From: Rebecca billardiae RCC1528
Lineage: Eukaryota > Protista > Haptophyta
Direction: 5' to 3'
DNA: 64,000 bases
Assembly (NCBI GenBank): GCA_965240325.2
Contig: OZ251229.1
Location: forward strand, 2,232,001-2,296,000
Shown: positions 60,170 through 64,000 of the stretch, piece after piece
How the letters are laid out: every line of letters begins with the position of its first letter
How positions within the stretch are numbered: the first letter of the stretch is position 1
Position numbers and translations under genes: made by a program
Notes under the pieces: model-generated
What the model was told of the DNA's origin: nothing
The model's input: only the letters and a program-made list of their open reading frames with translations
Databases searched by the model: none

Positions 60170-60575
60170 CCAGCCGCCGTCTTCGCCATCAGCGTCGGCG
60201 GCTAGCTGCCTTGAACCTCACGGAGCCAGCGAGCCAGCGGCTCCCCTTCGCTTTGACGCGCTCTACTCGAGTCTCGACCCGAAGCCCTTCCGCTCGCAAG
60301 CGATCTCGTCCAGGCCTCGTGGAGGTGGAGAAGGACACAAAAAAGGAGCGAAGATTGCTGAGATGCTAAGGAGATTGCGGCCAAGCCATCATGCCTTCCG
60401 GGATGACCATTGGCTCGTTTTCTTCCTGATTCCAGTCTTTCGCCTGATGGTATTGAGATAATATGTCTCACTTTGGCGACCGCTCATTTTTCGATCCCCC
60501 CCCAACCGACCAATGGGAAGGCGGAGCCGCGACTCGCTCTGAAAATGCGTGAATTGTTTCGCGGTCTGGCGGACC

Positions 60576-60959
60576 AATTCTATGATTTAAAGACACAGGC
60601 ACGAGGGCGCAGCTCTCCTGATTCGTCTGTAGTGGTACTGGTCGAAGCTTGCAGCAGTGGCAGTGGTGTGAGCGCGTTGATGTTGGTCCCCATGGCGGAT
60701 GTCGTTGTTGTCGTCGTCCGGACGTCGTCAGGCCCACCAGGAAGTGCATGGGTACGAAATCAAAGGCGAGTGAGCATGTTGGCGTCGGCCAGGCCGTCCC
60801 CTACTTGGTCAGCAGCTGGTGCGGATGATGTCGTCGCCTACTTGGTCAGTGGCAGGTCATGGTGGACGATGGTGTAGCCTGTTCTTGGTCAGCAGCTGGT
60901 GGGTGATGTTGTGGCCGAAGTTAATAGTAGTTGGACTCGCCTGAGTTAGTAGTAGTTGG
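60576..60959 (-). mobile_element. 5'-truncated copy of the 402-10184 retrotransposon with 5-bp TSD GGACC
   Basis: Near-identical to 402-~790 and ends after two satellite units. GGACC at 60571-60575 and 60960-60964. Confidence 0.92.
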
Positions 60960-61281
60960 GGACCGGCCCGTGGAAAAACGCAGCGCGATGACTAGCAATA
61001 CTAGCTAGGCTCACTAATCATAATGGGCCCGCGGTGCAGGGCGGCCAGACTCTGACCATACCGCCTATGGCCGGTGGGCGCGGTCGATCAGACGACCCGA
61101 GGAACCCTACAGTAGTGCGTCAGTACCGTTGTCCGTTTGAAACCGCGGACGCCGCGCGCCTCACTCCTCAGTCGCAACTCTTGGGCACTCTGCGTCGAGG
61201 TGCTGCCTCGGGCTGCCACGGCAGCTGCTGCGCGCCACGAGCGCCGCGTAGCACCATCGCCGGCGGCACGAGCAGATCGCA

Positions 61282-62991
61282 TCACTGCACGACTCGCTGC
61301 AGAAGCTTGCTGATGGTGGCGTCGTTGCGCACGATGGAAGACTTGAGAGCGCGGATCTTGTCCTTCTCCTCAACGATCTGCCTGTCCACGTCCTCGAGCG
61401 ACGCCTCGAGCTGCGCGACGCCCGAGTCGATCTCGGAGCTCTCGTCCTGCAGCTTCGACTTGTGCTTGTTGTGCATGCTGCGCCAGTGCTCGAGCTCGCG
61501 CGTCATCGCCTCGAGATCCTGCGCAGCGGCCGGCGCGCACGTGGTGTGGCGCGCCGCGCGTCAGCATCGTGTCGCGCGCGCCGCGCGCACGGCGCGCGTC
61601 GCGCACCTCGTGCACGAACTCGAGGCTCTTGCCCAGCGGGTTGGTCGACTGGCAGAGGGCCTGAATGTCGGCTCGCAGCTTCTGGATCTCGTCCTTCGAA
61701 CGCTGCCGATCGCCGCCCCCGTCCCTGCCGCCCTTCCCCTTCTTGCCGAGGATGATGCCGCCGCCGCCTGCCGCGCGCTCCGCCTCAGTGCCCGCGCGCT
61801 CGTCCTCACGCCCGGCAGCCTCCATCTCCTTCTGAGTCTCGAGGATGTCCTTGACGATCTTCGTGTGCCCCGTGCCCGACGCGTCTTTGAGCAGCGCGGC
61901 CGCGGCGGACGCGTCCTCTGCCGCGGTGCCGTCGACGATCACGATCCCGTCGTCGTCGTCGTCGTCGCCGTCGCCCATCGCCCCCTCGGAGATGATGTTC
62001 TTGGCCGTGCTCGTCTCCTCGCCCCGCGGCAGCGCGTGCTCCACCTTCACGGTGTTGTTCGCCACCTTGGGCGGCGCTCTCCTCGCCGTGCGCGGCCGCT
62101 CGGCCTTCTGCGCGCCACCGCCACCCGCGCCGTCGTCCGCGCTGGGCATCTCCGACGTGAACGTCGACAGCGGCGCGGCCGCCGATCCGGCGGCGCTTGC
62201 GGGCGGGGGCGCTGTCGCGCCGCCGCCCACCGGCGGCGGCGCCGGCGGCTCGGGCACTGCTGGCCGCGGCGGTGGTGGCATCGGCGGCGGCGGCGCTGCG
62301 GCGGCGGCTGTGTCCGCGACGGGGTCCGGCGGGGGGCGCTCCTTGAGCTTCGGGGCCGCCTTGGGGGCGGTGGACTCGCCGCTCAGCACGCGCGCGACGG
62401 CGGCGGCGCGGTCGATGTTCGGATCGGTCGCTGCGGCCGCGAGCGCCTGCAGCAGCAGGTTGGTCGCCTGCGGCTCCATGCCGGCGACCACCTTGCTGGG
62501 CCGCACGTCGATCTTCGTGCCCAGCGCGAAGGACACGCAGTCGGTGATCTTCTGCAGGTAGGCGATCTTGCTATCCTTGTCCTGCGCGCGCGCAGGGCCA
62601 GCGAGGGCCACGGAGCAGCGATCCCTCCATGAGTACACGCACTGCGCGCGCGCGCGCCGCGCCGCGGCTGCGGCTGCAGCTGCGCCTACCTTGATGTTCG
62701 AGGAGTTAGACTCCATCTCATCATAAAGGCCCTCTGCGAAGCTCGTCACCTTCGTCACCTCGGAGACAATGTCATGCAAGAAGCGGAACGGCGGCTTGCT
62801 GAGCAGCGGCACTGTCAGCTTTGGCCGCTTGATCAGCGCGCCGAGCGTCGCCTGCGTCTCGGCGATCCATGGTTCCACCTGTTCGCGGGGCAGCACGCGC
62901 GGGATCGCATGGGCTCGGCAAGCCGCAAAGCCGACAATCGCGCACCCGCGTCGGCGCACCGCCCACCCCCGCGCACCTCGGGCTCCGCCAT
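61282..62991 (-). CDS. IFT54: Intraflagellar transport protein 54 (TRAF3IP1/MIP-T3), spliced
   Basis: TQATLGALIKRPKLT..LLSKPPFRFLHDI, KVVAGMEPQATN, ERPRTARRAPPK, IQALCQSTNPLGK. Confidence 0.93.
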
Positions 62992-63131
62992 CTCCACCGA
63001 CAAGCCAGCTAACGGCCCGCACATATTTCAAAATCCGACCAGAGGAAAAAACGACAAATCGCGCGTTTTTTTCTGGATCTAGGTTTTCGATCGCGCGCGC
63101 AATGATTTCTATTCTTTTCCCGGGCCCGTGC

Positions 63132-64000
63132 ATGACGATGGCGACATCATCATCATCATGGCTGTTCTCCATGGTTGTGGCAGCTGCTGCCACAACGTCG
63201 CGGTCGTCGCATGCGCCGCGGTGCACCCGATGGGGCGCAACCATGCAGCTTGCAACCATGTCTTCCCGTGTGTGGGCCGCGCCGAGGACGACGATGGCGG
63301 TTCGCATGGACGCTGCCTCAGATGCTGACGTACCGGACGGATCTGAGGGGGAGCCGCAGGAGCTCGACATGCAGCTGCTCTCCAAGCGCATCGCGGCGAT
63401 CAGCTCGCAGCAGAGCAACGCCGTGGAGCTACCGATTCTTGTGCTCGACGCAATGCTCCCTCGCCAGCGCCTGTGTATCTCCATGGACGACGATGCCGGC
63501 CTGCGCATGCTCAACGACGCTCTGGAGAGGCACGACGGCGAGCTGGGCGTGCACGGCATGGATCCAAGCACCGGCGGGGTGCTCCCCGTAGGCACACAAG
63601 TGAAGATCGTGGAGCACAGCGGCCGCAACATCTGCATCGTCGGGCAGCGGCGGTACGACCTCGTGGCTCGACCGACCCTGCATGACGACACCTACTACAC
63701 CTGCGAGATCAGCTGGTGTGAGCGCGACGAGGGGAGTGCGAGCGACGTCGCGGCTGCGCGCGAGCTCGAGGCCCTCGTGGACCAGTGGCTCGAGCTCGTG
63801 CGTAAAGGTGGGTTCGAGCGCGAGCCCAACCAGATGGATGAGGTGCTCAAGGACCTCGGGCCCAGGCCCTCCCCTGAAGACCCAGACGAATTTGCCTTCT
63901 GGGTGGCTGCGCTCGTTAACCCGCTGCCCGCGCTTGGCGTCGCATTCGAAATTCGGCCGTTCGTGCTCAAAGCCGAGAGCGCCGAAGAAAGGCTGCAAAT
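63132..64000 (+). CDS. Lon N-terminal (PUA-like substrate-binding) domain protein, runs off window
   Basis: Open frame from 63132: LPILVLDAMLPRQRL...VGTQVKIV..IVGQRRY...FAFWVAALVNPLPALGVAFEIRP. The S/A/R-rich N-terminus resembles a transit peptide. Confidence 0.8.
   Translation, partial: MTMATSSSSWLFSMVVAAAATTSRSSHAPRCTRWGATMQLATMSSRVWAAPRTTMAVRMDAASDADVPDGSEGEPQELDMQLLSKRIAAISSQQSNAVELPILVLDAMLPRQRLCISMDDDAGLRMLNDALERHDGELGVHGMDPSTGGVLPVGTQVKIVEHSGRNICIVGQRRYDLVARPTLHDDTYYTCEISWCERDEGSASDVAAARELEALVDQWLELVRKGGFEREPNQMDEVLKDLGPRPSPEDPDEFAFWVAALVNPLPALGVAFEIRPFVLKAESAEERLQ

Overview
Very GC-rich, compact eukaryotic genomic DNA. Short introns have stereotyped GTGCGC...(C/G)CAG ends, there are flagellar genes (IFT54, BBOF1), and long (TA)n microsatellites are common. 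This fits a flagellated microalga, probably a haptophyte such as a Pavlovales-like organism (inference). About 19 host genes are supported: a Tm-1-like TIM barrel (3' end only), a membrane TIR-like protein, a 5xKH+RRM protein, Rab, C2H2 and CXXC finger proteins, DPH4, BBOF1, a glycosyltransferase, a TFIIA-like protein, a 2OG-Fe(II)/MT-A70 fusion, a RING protein, Sec1, an AAA ATPase, UBE2D, IFT54, a Lon-N protein and two hypotheticals. They are interspersed with many mobile elements. Highlights: (1) an intact ~9.8 kb non-LTR retrotransposon whose ORF2 reads APE-RT-RNaseH-Zn finger-OTU protease. It has no poly(A) tail, carries a ~37 x 25 bp satellite in its 3' UTR, shows an apparent GGAC(A/C) target duplication, and has a near-identical 5'-truncated copy at 60.6 kb. 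(2) A single ORF fusing a prolyl-4-hydroxylase-type 2OG-Fe(II) dioxygenase to a METTL4-type adenine methyltransferase. (3) Divergent from it, a TFIIA gamma-beta single-chain fusion. (4) Several element families sitting in (TA)n microsatellites. All domain calls come from motif recognition by eye; no searches were run.
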